This document shows, piece by piece, positions 1-13,508 of a stretch of DNA of 64,000 nucleotides (positions within the stretch are counted from its first letter, which is position 1; every line of letters begins with the position of its first letter). This DNA comes from Octopus vulgaris (taxonomy: Eukaryota), in contig OX597826.1 in the NCBI GenBank assembly GCA_951406725.2, positions 52,204,001-52,268,000 of the forward strand, in the 5' to 3' direction. A program made the translations under genes and the position numbers. Below the pieces are notes generated by a model. The model searched no databases. It was not told the DNA's origin and worked only from the letters and a program-made list of their open reading frames with translations.

Positions 1-544
1 AATTTTTTAACTCCGGTTTTTCACAAATTTAAATATTCGTTGCATTCACTGTGGAGTTTTCCGTTTTTATTTCTAAAGTCTCTCATTTCCTATTTCAATG
101 TTTTCATTTCGAGTTCGCTATATGGAAAACCCAGTATATTCTATATACGTTATGTAAAAACATTATTCTTTGAATTTTTTTAAAAATAATAATACTGGTA
201 TAATTTTTATAAAAAAGAATTAAGAAGTGATTTTGTTATTATGGCTGTTTTGGAACGCGATAAGCCTTACAATAACTATTCGGACCGAGTTTGGCCATTT
301 TTTAAAACTTAAAAACCATAGGAGGGGCCATTTTGGTAAAAAAAAAAAACGTAAATATTTTCAGAGGTAAAGGTGAACAATTAAACCCCACTCACACATG
401 TATTGATGTTTTTTTTAATATTTTTCTCCCATTTTATAAAATAATGATGCTGAAGTGACACGCAAATGGTCCATTGGTGGAATATAAGCAACAAAAATTG
501 TAATCTAAATTTTTACCCCGAACTCAATCAAGCGAAGCCGTGTG

Positions 545-668
545 TATGTGAAACGTATGATATTAAAAGTGTGTGAAAAGTATGCTATTAAAAGTATGTG
601 AAAAGTATGATATTAAAAGTATGTGAAAAATATGCTATTGAAAATATGTGAAAAGTATGCTATTAAAA
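545..668. repeat. Minisatellite, 5 x 25 bp (gtatgtgaaaagtatgatattaaaa)
   Basis: Five adjacent near-identical 25-mers read directly. Confidence 0.9.
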
Positions 669-1849
669 TGAATTATCGCTTACGAAACTCTTTCTTTAAA
701 TCACTGTGGATAAATGCCAGCAATGACCTTCTCAGGCTCTCCAATAGTTTAATTTATAAACCTAAACAATCGGGGGCAGGGAATGGGATTGCAAAATGTT
801 CGTGACTTTTCAAATTTTCTTTTCATTAGCATGTAAATGTATTTATGGGGACAAAAATATAGAAAAACATCAATATATGCGAGAGTGATAAAGAAACGTT
901 GAGCGTTGTCTTGGGATGTGCTAGAAACAACAGCCACATCTCCCTTAAATTACACACTTTTTCCTCTGAAAATTTTAAATTTGTTTTTACCGAAATGCCT
1001 CACCTCCACCCCGTGGTTTCCATGTGCAACAAAAATTAAACAAAATATGCCCAGAGTAGGATGATGAGGGGGTGGTACTAAAAAAGAATTTTAACTTTTT
1101 GTATACAAAGATGCTCCCCACCCTACCCTATCAATTCGGAGGCTGTGATTTTAAAAGAAATGGGGAACGCCCCCCCTCGCTAAAACAGAATAGTTCTAAC
1201 TTATTTTGTCTTGTTGATCCGAAACTCCTTTTTAATGAAATTTCTCTCCCCCGGAAAAAAACTTTTCGACACAAATTTCTTTATAATCGTAACCTATGTC
1301 ATTTAAAAGGTATCTGAATAAACTTTCATTAAAAGATACCAATTTTCCTGAAAGTTATGAGGGATCGGGTGAATATACCCAAACTCCTCTCTCCACCCCC
1401 AAGGAAAAAGTCTTTCCCTAAATCCTACCTACTCTGAAGTCACAACATATAAGCGGTGTTTGTAAAAAATTTTGTTAAAATGTATCCATTGTTTGCAACG
1501 ATCTCTCTTCCTCTCTCTCTCACACACACACACACAAACACACACACACATACACACATACACACACTGCAAGGCTTAAACACGGGCTGCTGAACTGGAA
1601 ACACTATGGTTGCTTTGAGAGGGAAGTAAAACTTGACAAACTGCTTCCCCCTCTGTAGTTGGACTACTTTGATGTCTGTTTGAAAAAAGAGATTATGACA
1701 GTGATAAAAACAATGCTAGCAATATTTACTTACCAAGTGAGCACTTGCTTAGATATAATTAGATGTAAAATATTAAAATTATTAGAATTGTGAAAATATT
1801 ATCATGTGACTAGTAGAAATCACCCGTAGCTCGCTCTTTCTGCTAGTGC

Positions 1850-1915
<66 letters not shown>

Positions 1916-2055
1916 GCGCAGGAGTGCGTGTGTGTAGTAAGTAGCTTGCTTACTCTCTCGCTCTCTCTCTCTCTCTCTATAAATATATATATAAAACATA
2001 TGTATATAATATAAATTAATATACATATAATATATATGAGATATATGTAATATAT

Positions 2056-2107
<52 letters not shown>

Positions 2108-2108
<1 letters not shown>

Positions 2109-2267
2109 GGAGTGGCTGTGTGGTAAGTAGCTTGCTTACCAACCACATGGTTCCGGGTTCAGTCCCACTGCGTGGCATCTTGGGCAAGTGTCTTCTGCTA
2201 TAGCCCCGGGCCGACCAATGCCTTGTGAGTGGATTTGGTAGACGGAAACTGAAAGAAGCCTGTCGTA

Positions 2268-2330
<63 letters not shown>

Positions 2331-2538
2331 GTGTGTGTGTTTGTGTGTCTGTGTTTGTCCCCCTAGCATTGCCTGACAACCGATGCTGGTGTGTTTACGT
2401 CCCCGTCACTTAGCGGTTCGGCAAAAGAGACCGATAGAATAAGTACTCGGGCTTACAAAGAATAAGTTCCGGGGTCGATTTGCTCGACTAAAGGCGGTGC
2501 TCCAGTATGGCCGCAGTCAAATGACTGAAACAAGTAAA
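2108..2538 (+). mobile_element. tRNA-derived SINE, family B, with internal (TA)n/(TG)n
   Basis: Head aggagtggctgtgtggtaag...ggttcagtccc (A/B-box-like) and tail ctccagtatggccgcagtcaaatgactgaaacaagtaaa. Near-identical to the copy at 53328-53740. Confidence 0.9.
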
Positions 2539-2666
2539 CATGTATATAATATATGTAATATATATATAGGCGCAGGAGTATATATGTAATAAGAATATAT
2601 ATGTAATATATATATGTATATATATAAAATATATATATATAATATATATATATGTATATATATGTA

Positions 2667-2697
<31 letters not shown>

Positions 2698-2699
2698 GT

Positions 2700-3014
2700 G
2701 AGGGCGCGGGCTTAGTGGTTAGGGCATTCGGCTCATGATCGTAAGGTTGTGAGTTCGATTCCCGACGCGTTGTGTCCTTGAGCAAGACACTTTATTTCAC
2801 GTTGCTCCAGTCCACTCAGCTGGCAAAAATGAGTTGTACTTGTATTTCAAAGGGGTCAGCCTTGTCACTCTCTGTGTCACGCTGATTATCCCCGAGAACT
2901 ACGTTAAGGGTACAGTGTATATGGAATGCTCATCCATTTGCACGTTAATTTCACGAGCATAGCTGTATCCGTTGATCGTATCAAATGGGACCTCGTCGTC
3001 GTAACCGGCGGAGT

Positions 3015-3016
<2 letters not shown>
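2700..3016 (+). mobile_element. tRNA-derived SINE, family C
   Basis: Head ggcttagtggttaggg...gagttcgattccc. Homologous minus-strand copy at 60805-61072. Confidence 0.8.
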
Positions 3017-3064
<48 letters not shown>

Positions 3065-3102
3065 TATAATATATATGTAATAAATAATATATATATATAT
3101 AT

Positions 3103-3478
3103 ACTCTTTTACTTGTTTCAGTCATTTGACTCCGGCCATGTTAGAGCACCGCCTTTTAGTCGAGGAAATCGACCCTAGGACTTATTATTTGCAAGCCTAG
3201 TACTTATTCTATCGGTCCCTTTTACCAAACCGCTAAGTTACGGAGATGTAAACACACCAGCATCGGTTAAGCGATGTTGGGGGTACAAACATAGACACAA
3301 ACACATATATATATATATACATATATACGACGGGCTTCTTTCAGTTTCAGTCACAAGGCTTTGGTCGGCCCGAGGCTATAATAGGTGACACTTGCCCAAG
3401 ATGACACGCAGTGAAACTGAACCCGGAACCATGCTGTTGGGAAGCAAGTGTTTTGCCACACAGCCATAACTACGCCTA
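3103..3478 (-). mobile_element. SINE family B
   Basis: Reverse complement of the family B consensus, with a small internal deletion. Confidence 0.85.
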
Positions 3479-3479
3479 C

Positions 3480-3529
<50 letters not shown>

Positions 3530-3801
3530 TATATATAGGTGTTCTCATTTTCACCGATCTTCAGCTTTATATTAACATCTGCTTATGCATGTATGTATGT
3601 ATGTATGTATGTATGTATGTATGTATGTATGTATGTGTATGTGTATGTATGTATGTGTGTGTAACCGGAAAAGTTGGTGTTACTTTCTGTTCTCATTCCC
3701 ATTACACTGTTTCATGTCCTATCTCGTTCCCTGTTCAGTTCCCATTTTAGTTCCGCTCCCATTTCTATCTCCAATTCTATGTCAATAAAGTAATTCTCTC
3801 T

Positions 3802-4034
3802 CTATCCGCTCAGTCGAAGTCGACTCTCGGTCACTCGTTGGATCAGTGTCCTCCAGTCAGTTCTATCCTGGGTCGCTTCCTTCAGATTGGCCATGTCCAT
3901 TCCGGTATCACCCCTGATGGTGTCAAGCCAGCGGGTTCTTGGTCGGCCTCTTCCTCTCTTGCCACTGACCATTCCGAGCATGATGTCTTTCTCCAGGGAT
4001 TTTCTCCGCATAATATGACCGAAATATGCCCAAC
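3802..4034 (-). mobile_element. 3' end of an RTE-clade non-LTR retrotransposon (5'-truncated)
   Basis: Translation YFGHIMRR..LEKDIMLG.V.GKR.RGRPR.RWLD is the typical RTE ORF C-terminus. Confidence 0.8.
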
Positions 4035-4774
4035 CCATTGTTTATGGTAATAATTTATTGCTAAAGATATGTATTATATACTATTATTTCCATTAGTGGG
4101 TGAATAAGGAATGTCCCAATATTATTTTAATACACGAATATGCATCTGACATAATTGGATTTAAATAAAAATCTGTAATTGGCCCCCTAAGGAGAGAGCT
4201 GTAGCACGTGTTTACTAATCAGTTACGATAAGTAATTAAGACATTAAATATTTTATTCACTTTTATGGTAATTAATTTATTACAAAAAAATGGGTATTAC
4301 AAACAATTAATACGATAAGTGGGTAAATAAGGTATGCCCCTATATTATCTTAACAAACGAATATGCATCTGAGTAAAATAAATGAGTTGACCGGTATACC
4401 GGGAAAGTGGAGGTTATCCCCAGTTCCCATTTACCACTACACTGTTCCATATCCCATCCCATTTCATGTTCAGTTCTTGCCTTTATGCCCAACCCATCGT
4501 TTATGGTTATAATTTATTGCTAAAAATACGTATTATATTCTATTATTTCCATTAGTGGGTGAGTAAGGAATGTCCCTATATTACTTTAATAAACGAATAT
4601 GCATCTGAGTAAAATATATTAGATAAATAGATATATTTACAAATATATTAACAAATAGTCCGCTTATTGTAGCTGGCGTTGTCGCGTGTCGTAGCTTATC
4701 GTAACTGATTAGTAAACACGTGCTACGGCTCCCTCCCTAGGGGGCCAATTACAGATTTTTATTTAAATCCAATT
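4025..4774. repeat. Mosaic of ~125-bp direct repeats and ~80-bp inverted repeats
   Basis: Direct: 4025-4150 and 4485-4608, partial at ~4318-4370. Inverted: 4153-4232 vs 4695-4774. Confidence 0.75.
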
Positions 4775-5623
4775 CGCCTATAATACAACTGGGTGTTATG
4801 AACAAATAAATAACAAAGTCGGATTTAACGTGGAAAATTATTTCAATATACCAAATTTGAGAATTTTGACGCAATTTGAAAATCTCACAATATGTGACAG
4901 TAACAAGGAAGACCCTACGAAAGTAGAGAGAGACAGACAGTTGTAGGACGCGACACACACACACACGCACAAATTTTAAAACGTACACATACGTAATCAC
5001 GAGTTTATGATGGTGTATAATAGACATATGTGTGTATTAAGTATGTATATATGTATATATGTGTGTCTATTTCTTTGCGATGAACAGCAGAAAATGCACC
5101 TAGCCCGTCTCTCTTTAAAACTACGTATTCCTCACACCCACCTTCCTGTGTGTGTGTGTGTGTGTGTGTTGTATCTCTGTATTTACGAAAGTATATATGC
5201 AGCGTCGCGTGTATATGACAACTATATTAACGGTAACATCCCATTGCACTGCTGTTCTCGCCTTCACTGACATAATTTACCCTCTATTTGTTATTAACTT
5301 TCCCTCCGACTAATACTTTTTGCAACCTTCTCATGCTATCATATAATTGGCCCAATGCCTCTGGGGGATACATTATAGATGTTATTTGAAATCTAGTTAG
5401 CCTATTATTGAACTGGATGTTAGTGTAACATGCATGCAAAGTTTCGTAAATATTGGTTCGCTGGTTTAGGTACAAATATGGTGACAGACAGAAATGGCCA
5501 TATATATATTATTTCACGTTGCTCCAGTTCACTCATCTGTAGAAATGAGTTGCGACGTCACAGGTGCCAAGCTGTATCGACCTTTGTCTTTCCCTTCTTT
5601 CTAGGTGCATCCATTCATTCATG

Positions 5624-5660
<37 letters not shown>

Positions 5661-5686
5661 CATGCATATATACATATCTACACGCT

Positions 5687-5717
<31 letters not shown>

Positions 5718-5869
5718 GCATACGTACATTCATTCATTTATTCGAAGCAACAAATCGCGTATTCGGCGTGGGGAGACTATTTATTGAAAATACGATGAAT
5801 ACTATCTCCATCTTCGGAGCCACATCTCTCAGCCTTGTTAAATAACTGTTTAATCTTCAGGTGAATTAA

Positions 5870-6455
5870 GTGAGGAAGCCTTTTAATCACGATCGTTGTG
5901 ATTTTCAACTGAAACTTGAATTTAGCATGCATAGAGTTACTACAAATAACATGGCTGGAGACAACATCAACACAATCGAGGAACAGAAGGAAAAAAACAG
6001 CTCGATAGGTAAACAAATTCTTTCAAGCTCCAGAAACCGTAACTACAAAACTCATTTCTCTTGGAGTTATGAACTGAATAATGATCTACTTAACTGCTAC
6101 GAAAAAGCGAAACAAAACCCCGCTGTTGGCTATATGAATCGATTGAAATCTTATCCGGATGATCTGCATTCAGAATTAAATCATTTTACTGCGAAGCAAC
6201 TACGCCAAAAGGCAACATTTGTAGAACATAGAAAGAAGGTTAGTAACTGAGACTTTATTAAAAAATCGAAAATTAACCTTCTTCCCAACTCTATAAACAA
6301 AAACGAAAGCGATATAAGACCACCACGTGGTTCCGCAGCTCGCGATATTCCAACAGATTCCATAGTGCCTGCCAGCCAAACTACATTACTGACCACTGTC
6401 CCTACTACAACTATGGTAAATAGCAGGGACAATTGTAACGATTATTGTAGTAGTA

Positions 6456-6487
<32 letters not shown>

Positions 6488-8450
6488 GAGGATTATATGC
6501 CTATTTCTTTACTACCCACGAGGGGCTAAACATAGAGAGGACAAACAAGGACAGACAAAGGGATTAAGTCGATTACATTGACCCCAGTGCGTAACTGGTA
6601 CTTAATTTATCGACCCCGAAAGGATGAAAGGCAAAGTCGACCTCGGCGGAATTTGAACTCAGAATGTAACGGCAGACGAAATACAGTTACGCATTTCGCC
6701 CGGCGAGCTAACGAATCTGCCAAGCTCGCCGGATTATATGCCGGTGAAATGTGCCCTTACTGAAACTTTCTGAGAAAAAATAACTTTGGCTTTGAAGGAT
6801 TCTTTCAGAGAGAGAGAGAGTATTCTCTACCGAAGTAACTAAAAGACTACCAGATACGGTATTAAAAGCTGTTAAGCAAATTGGTGATGCGTATTTACAG
6901 CAGTGTGATGAACCCACATACTAGTAGATTAACGCCTGTCTATATGCTCTGGCTACTACTGTAAAACAGTAGATGAATGATATTAAAAAAGTAAACCAAA
7001 CCGAAATAACAAAGGAAGTACCTTCATGGGTTTTGAAGATAGAGAAAAAGATAACTGGTTTACGGAAGACCATCAGTCATGTGATGTTGCTTATTGCACG
7101 CAAACAAGCAAATCATTATACGTCCCACCAACTGAAAGTAAAGAAAGAGATAGAAATGATGTTTGGAGACAGCAAAAAGTGGACACTCACTTGCAAACTG
7201 ATTACCCTCAAGCAGGAGCTAAAAGCTGTCAGTGAAAAACTCCGATATCAGAAGAGAACAACTGAGAGAACAATAAACAAAAAAATTTAACCGCAACCAG
7301 GAAAGAGTATACAGAGACATGAGAGGAGGAGCAATAGATATCACGGAAGCTACTTCACGGAAAAAACATAGACTCCTTCTGGAGGAAAATCTGGAGCGAA
7401 GAGAAGGAATTTAACCAAGATGCTCTGTGATTGGAAGAAATCCGAAAAAGTTATTGCTCCTGCGTTACATCCAAGACATACAACATTGAAGGTGAAACTT
7501 TTACAACTGTGATCCAGAAACTCCAGGATGGAAAATCACCTGGAAGAGACTTGATTGTTGGATATTGGTACAAGTAGCTAACATTCTACTGACTATATCT
7601 TATCAGTCTGTACCAGCAAGCTAGCTCTGGCAGACAAAATTGATCCCCAAATGCAGAACCACACACAAGGTAAAAAAACTACCGACCAATTGCATACCAG
7701 AACTTAATGTACAAGATATATACATCATCTTTAAACCTCTTCCTTCAAGACCATTGTGAAATCAAGAACATTATCACAGCAGAACAAGCAGCTGGGAAGA
7801 AGGGAGTCTGGGAGTGTGCCGAGCAATTGCTAATCAACAAAACTGTGATGTCAGAGGCGCGAGAGCATAGGAGGAACCTAGTTTCAATGTGGCTAAATTA
7901 CAAGAAAGTCTTTGTCTCTGTTCCCTACTCATAGTTGCTAGAAGGCCTTCAACTTGCTAAAGTTCCAGTGAGAATAGTAAAACCCATAGCTGACCTGACT
8001 TCATCGTTGGCCACTATCTCGAAATTAAACACAAAGAGTGACTGTATTATCACCGATAGAATACTACATCACAAAGGCATATTGCATGGAGACAGGCTCT
8101 CTGTGAAGATGTTTATACTTTCTGTAAAAATCCTTGTCATTCATGTTAAGGAAGTCTGAAGGATACATCACTGGTTCACAAGGAAACAGAAATATCAAAA
8201 TTACACACTGTTTCTTTGTGGATGACTCAAAACTTTATGCAAAGAATATACATGAGATGAAAAGGAGTCTTAACCTAGTTACAACATTCCCGAAGGATGT
8301 AGGGTTGGAGTTTGGTCAGGATAAATGTTATATGGTTGTGAAAAGGAGGAAGACTATAAACCAGACTGCTAACATCTCCATCAATGATTTGACTGCTTCC
8401 CCTGTCTGTCGAGGAATATTACAGGTATCTAGGGGTGGATGAAAATATAC
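5870..8450 (+). mobile_element. Degenerate non-LTR retrotransposon, R4/Dong-like RT, frameshifted and 3'-truncated
   Basis: Colinear broken ORFs carry RT motifs: EQAAGKKGVWECAEQLLINK, WLNYKKVFVSVP, KGILHGDRLS, HCFFVDDSKLY, GLEFGQDKC. Clade assignment is by motif recall. Confidence 0.75.
6502..6730 (-). mobile_element. tRNA-derived SINE, family A, inserted in the R4-like LINE
   Basis: Family A consensus with 12-bp TSD ggattatatgcc at 6490-6501 and 6731-6742. Confidence 0.92.
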
Positions 8451-8970
8451 CCCACTTCTACTCCCACCCTCAGCCTAACCCACACCCCACCTTTGATTTC
8501 CCCACTCTCACCTCCCCCACCTCCCAACACCATCGCACCTCACACCACTACACCATACCACACAACACATCAAATCACATCACACTACTACGCACAGACT
8601 AGCACTGACCACTTCCCAGCCCCATATTTTCACACCTACACATGCACACACGCACACGTCAAGATCAATAGCCCTCTTCCACACGCACATACGTACTCTC
8701 TTATACACGCGCCCCTTCGTTTTGGGATCACCACTACTTTAATATCTCTCCTTCTTCTTAGCTCTCCTGTGTTACCCTTCTATCCGGCATTCGCCATGAT
8801 AGATCGCTAGCCACTACACATTCTTTATTTTTTCTCCTTGTTTCTTTCTGTGTTTCTGTGGAAGAGCGTAGGCTCGACACGTTAAAGACGTTTTCACTTC
8901 CTGAGCGTTAAACTAATACATCTGTTTGTTGTCTACATCACCTGTCTTAGTGTTTTTTTTTGTGAATTCT

Positions 8971-9029
<59 letters not shown>

Positions 9030-9191
9030 TATATGTATATATATGCATATGGGCTTTTCACCACTTAGACTACATGTGTAAACATACGCGCATATATTCT
9101 TAAATGTGTGTGTATGCTCGCGCATAATATCTAGCTATCTATCTCACAACTTACATACATACATACATACGTACGTACATACATACATACA

Positions 9192-9253
<62 letters not shown>

Positions 9254-9329
9254 TAAGGAAATAGATAGCATCAACATTATCATCATTATTATCAACATTA
9301 TTTTACGCTCGCTGTTCCACCATGTTTGC

Positions 9330-10010
9330 ACTAGTTGAACAGGCTTTTTCAGTGTTTTGGCACATGTTGCGATTCCACCTCATCTTTAAATTCCTCCTTT
9401 ACTACTTTCCAGGTCTTCTACAGCAATTTCCTTCCATTTCGATCACGTGACATTTCTCTGTCCAATTGTGATTCGTAATATATATGCACCAGATATCCAT
9501 GCCGGCGTAGATCTTCTCTTTAGTATAATACATCTGGTACCTGTTACATCCTGTTTTTCGTCCAGACTATTTTCGCTCTGGTATTCTCCATACAATCGAG
9601 TGTTCCGTCGATCATGCTACTTGAAAATATCGTACTTCATACATAAACGTCATGACACTCTTTCCTTTACTCGCTGAGATGTTTGCTTTGCTGTGAACAG
9701 AAATGACGGCACCTTGAAAATTCCCACTCCATCTTTATTTTGGCAACTATGCTTTCAAAATATTTACCGTTATCTTGGTATCAACTATTTCCAGGTAACC
9801 ATCTACGTATTTAAAAGAATTTATTTTATAGGAGCCACTAACTACTCAAGTATACCTCCTACACTTAAAGTCCTTTCTTCTCTGTCAGTTTACTTGTTAA
9901 TCTTCTAAATCTCTTGTGCAGACTATTTACATTTGATGCACCATGTGAAAATGTTAGCAAGTCCTCATCTGCATATAAAACATAGACACTTCGCAGATGT
10001 TTTTTCGTTC
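9330..10010 (-). mobile_element. Highly decayed non-LTR (RTE-like) RT fragment
   Basis: Minus strand reads LYADE (YADD-like) near 9965, followed by broken coding-like sequence. Confidence 0.4.
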
Positions 10011-12314
10011 CTATGTTTACTTTAAAATTCCTTGAATCCAGACTTTGCTGTCATGTTTGGAATTACTTCTCTAGTTTTTCAACAAATTCAATTACGAAAA
10101 GTACGTCATCGGCACAACAAAGTTTCCAAAGACATCTGGTCTTAAAACTCCTGTATTATGACTTTGAAAACTATAACGAACAGGAGAGAGTCGACATTCT
10201 GGGGAAGTGCGATTAAGCCTAGTATTAGTGGCGAGCGTATGAGAGTCACACACTGTGGGTGACACAGAAGGAGAGGCATACAAGTCGGTGATAACTAAGT
10301 AGATGTGGCACGAAAATAAGCAGCTCCTAGAAGACGTGCAAGGTTTGGATTCAGTCACCTACATAGCCGATTCAACGCTGATTTATTTGATAGCAGACAT
10401 TTAAATGTTTCGTTCATTCTCATCCTCCCCTCGCTCTGATTATGTATGCGAGCAGATTTCTCTTTATGTGTATGAGAGAGTGCTTACGTCAACCGTGTTC
10501 TATTAATATATTATAATACCTCTCTCTCTCTCTCTCCCTCTCTTCCTCTCTCTCTCTCTCTTTCTCGCTTACACTCACACTTTTTCTGTATGTGCATTTT
10601 TCTGCGCGCGTGTGCGTGTGTTTGCTTCCAGTACCAAAATAGTACTGTAGTCAAGCAAGTTCAGTTTCTCAGTCAGCTGTGCCAAATCGCAAGCATTCAT
10701 ACAGTTGCGTCCAATAGTTTCATTCCGTCCTAGAACACATCATAGAAGTTTCGGTAGAAAAGGCCGAGAGAAGAGACAGCATAGCTGTGGCACAGATGAT
10801 AGAGCGTGTTGATGAGTAACTTCATGCCAAGTCAGGGATTGTTCTGGTTTTTGGATGTGGTGTTGGATGCTTGAATGCCCTAAATATGAGGACAGCACAC
10901 CACTTTGAGTCTAACAAGAATTATGTGGAAGATTAGCATTTGTTGGGGGACTGCAGAATGTTCTGGTTTTGGATAAAGTTAAACTTTGTGATACAGATTC
11001 TTTTGAAGATGAAAATGTACGCTTCCCTGAAGAAACCGTTTGTGATGGTAAGACTTAATACTTTTAACAACGCTAAGAGTTTCGGTTGCACTTTGTTCAA
11101 GTATTTCTCAGCTTGTCCTTTTTTCTTAACAGCATCATCTCCTCGTTAGATAAACCTTATAGGACTCACTCACTCGTATTATTCTCTATGAATTCTTCAA
11201 ATCCTTCATCCTTTGAAAGTTTTCTTCAAATGCCCAAGACAATTAGTAACAAACTCTGTATCAACGCCTGCAGGTTCACCAGTCATTTTTATTTTGTGCA
11301 AATTCATGTACTTGCAAACCGGCTTTTACTAAGCAAAAAGGAGTTTTCATTAGATGTTTAAATCTTCTTTTTTCTACAAATTGTTATATAAACGTCTGTC
11401 TTTTTTTTTTTTTTTTTTAAATTATCATCGTGTTTATCGGCACATTATGCTGATTCTGATACTCGGTCCTGAACCTCGATCAAGAGTTGTTCTCTTTTAA
11501 GCATTACATTAAATCCAAGGAAAATAAGGTCTTGAGAGTTAATGGAGTTGATACTTGAGCACGTAACATAATTTTCTTTCTGCTGTCACGTTTTGTTTCC
11601 ACTGCAGACGTTGTAAGATTTAATGTTTTGGCAATATAACTTAGTTTTACTTTCACATCAAATTTTTTTTAAACATTAAATTTAATATCCAATGTAATCC
11701 CTTTACAGTTGCTTTTCGCACTGCTAACTTCAGTTCTACTTGATAGCTTCTTTGCAGACATCTTAAATTGAAGGCAAATCCAACAGCAGTGGGGATTAAT
11801 TATCCGCAAAGAATATGTAGTAAAAGTAAAAAATATTCTTTTCTATTCTAAGCACAAGGCTCCAAATTTTTTTTTTTTGGGAGGGGGAGGGCAGTCGATT
11901 ATATCGACCCAGTACAAAACTGGTACTTGATTTATCGACCCCGAAAGGATGAAAGGTAAAGTGATGGTAGGCGGGTATTGTTGTTGTTGTGGTGATTATA
12001 TTGTTCTTGCAAATTGTATTATTGTGGCTGTTCAGTCTCACATTAATCCTCGTTCACCTAAGATCAAAGATACACTAGGACACGACATTATGTTCTTTTT
12101 TGTATTTGAAACGGATTTGCTTTACTACTTCATACTATACATCACTGTTCTTGTTGGTGGTTATGTTGATATTGATAATAGAAGCACACACTTACACATA
12201 CATACATGCATACATACATACATACATACATACATACATACATACATACATACATACATACATACATAAACACACACACATACATGTATGTATACCTACA
12301 TATATAAACCCATA

Positions 12315-13508
12315 TTTTGTAACAAAAAGTTCCCGGACTAGTTATGTTTAATAAAAATAAATTATTTACCAAAGGTTTAATATCATCTCCTTCGAAATAG
12401 TCACTTTGCACAGCAACATACCGGTACCGCATCACTTGTGGAATCCGGCCTGGAATTCGTTTTCCGTAAGCGAGTCGAGGACCTTCTGTGATTCGCTCTA
12501 GATCTCGACAGCGGTGCTAAAACGGTGACCTTCGAGCTGCTATTTCATCTTGGGGAAGCGATGGAAGTTCACAGGTGCTAAATCTGGCGAATAAGGTGTG
12601 GGTGCGGAAGCGACACTTTGTTATTTTTGGCGGGAAACTCACGAGTGACAGGGCGCATTGCCGTCGTGAAGAATCGAGTTGTTCGCGCTCCACAGATCCG
12701 GTCGCTTTTGCAGAATGCCCTCCTTCAAAACGTCGCAGCAAAACTTAAGACTGACAGTCAGGCCCTGTGGGACGAATTCTCGATGCACAATACCGCAGCT
12801 ATCGGAAAATACGACGAACATGTTCTTGATTCAGTCGCAGCTCTGATTCAGTTCTTGATCCAGTCGTTCCTTCATCAGTTGTGCAGATGAAACGTTCGTT
12901 CCTTGTGACAACTGTTGCTTTGTCTAACGGTCGTCACCCGCGCCACACGAAACATTGCGTTCCTCCCATTGCCTCGTCACCGTAAACCTGCCAAAGCATG
13001 CTCAATGTCTCTGTAGCAGACGTCCTAAGTTTAACGCAAAATTTCCCGTTGGCTCTTTGTTCCAACTTCCTGTCCATGACAAAAATCGCAGACTACAGCA
13101 TCCACGTGATCATAGAAACACGAATTTCACATCTTACGAAGTAAACACAGCGATGTCAGTATGCCAAGCCACTACTAGCTTTCACTGCGCACGTAACCTA
13201 TTTCTTTATTACCCACAAGGGGCTAAACACAGAGCGGACAAACAAGGACAGACATAGGTATTAAGTCGATTACATCGACCCCAGCGCGTAACTGGTACTT
13301 AATTTATCGACCCCGAAAGGATGAAAGGCAAAGTCGACCTCGGCGGAATTTGAACTCACAACGTAACGCAGACGAAATACCGCTAAGCATTTCGCCCGGC
13401 GTGCTAACGTTTCTGCCAGCTCGCCGCCTCACTGCGCACGTAACCTTGTGTTGTCATCTGTAGGCGCACTATAGAACTAGTCCGGAAACCTTTTGATACC
13501 ACCTCTTA
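12315..13508 (-). mobile_element. Mariner-family DNA transposon relic
   Basis: Transposase remnants VFSDSCGIVHREFVPQG and ILHDGNAPCH. Degenerate TIRs caaaaagttcccggactagt / actagtccggaaaccttttg. Confidence 0.85.
13200..13428 (-). mobile_element. SINE family A inserted in the mariner
   Basis: Perfect 18-bp TSD tcactgcgcacgtaacct at 13182-13199 and 13429-13446. Confidence 0.95.

Noticed and set aside
545-668. 25-bp repeats as a CRISPR array
   Set aside because: No spacers, eukaryotic context and no cas genes.
2108-2180. tRNA genes at SINE heads
   Set aside because: A/B-box-like heads continue into SINE bodies and do not form full cloverleaves.
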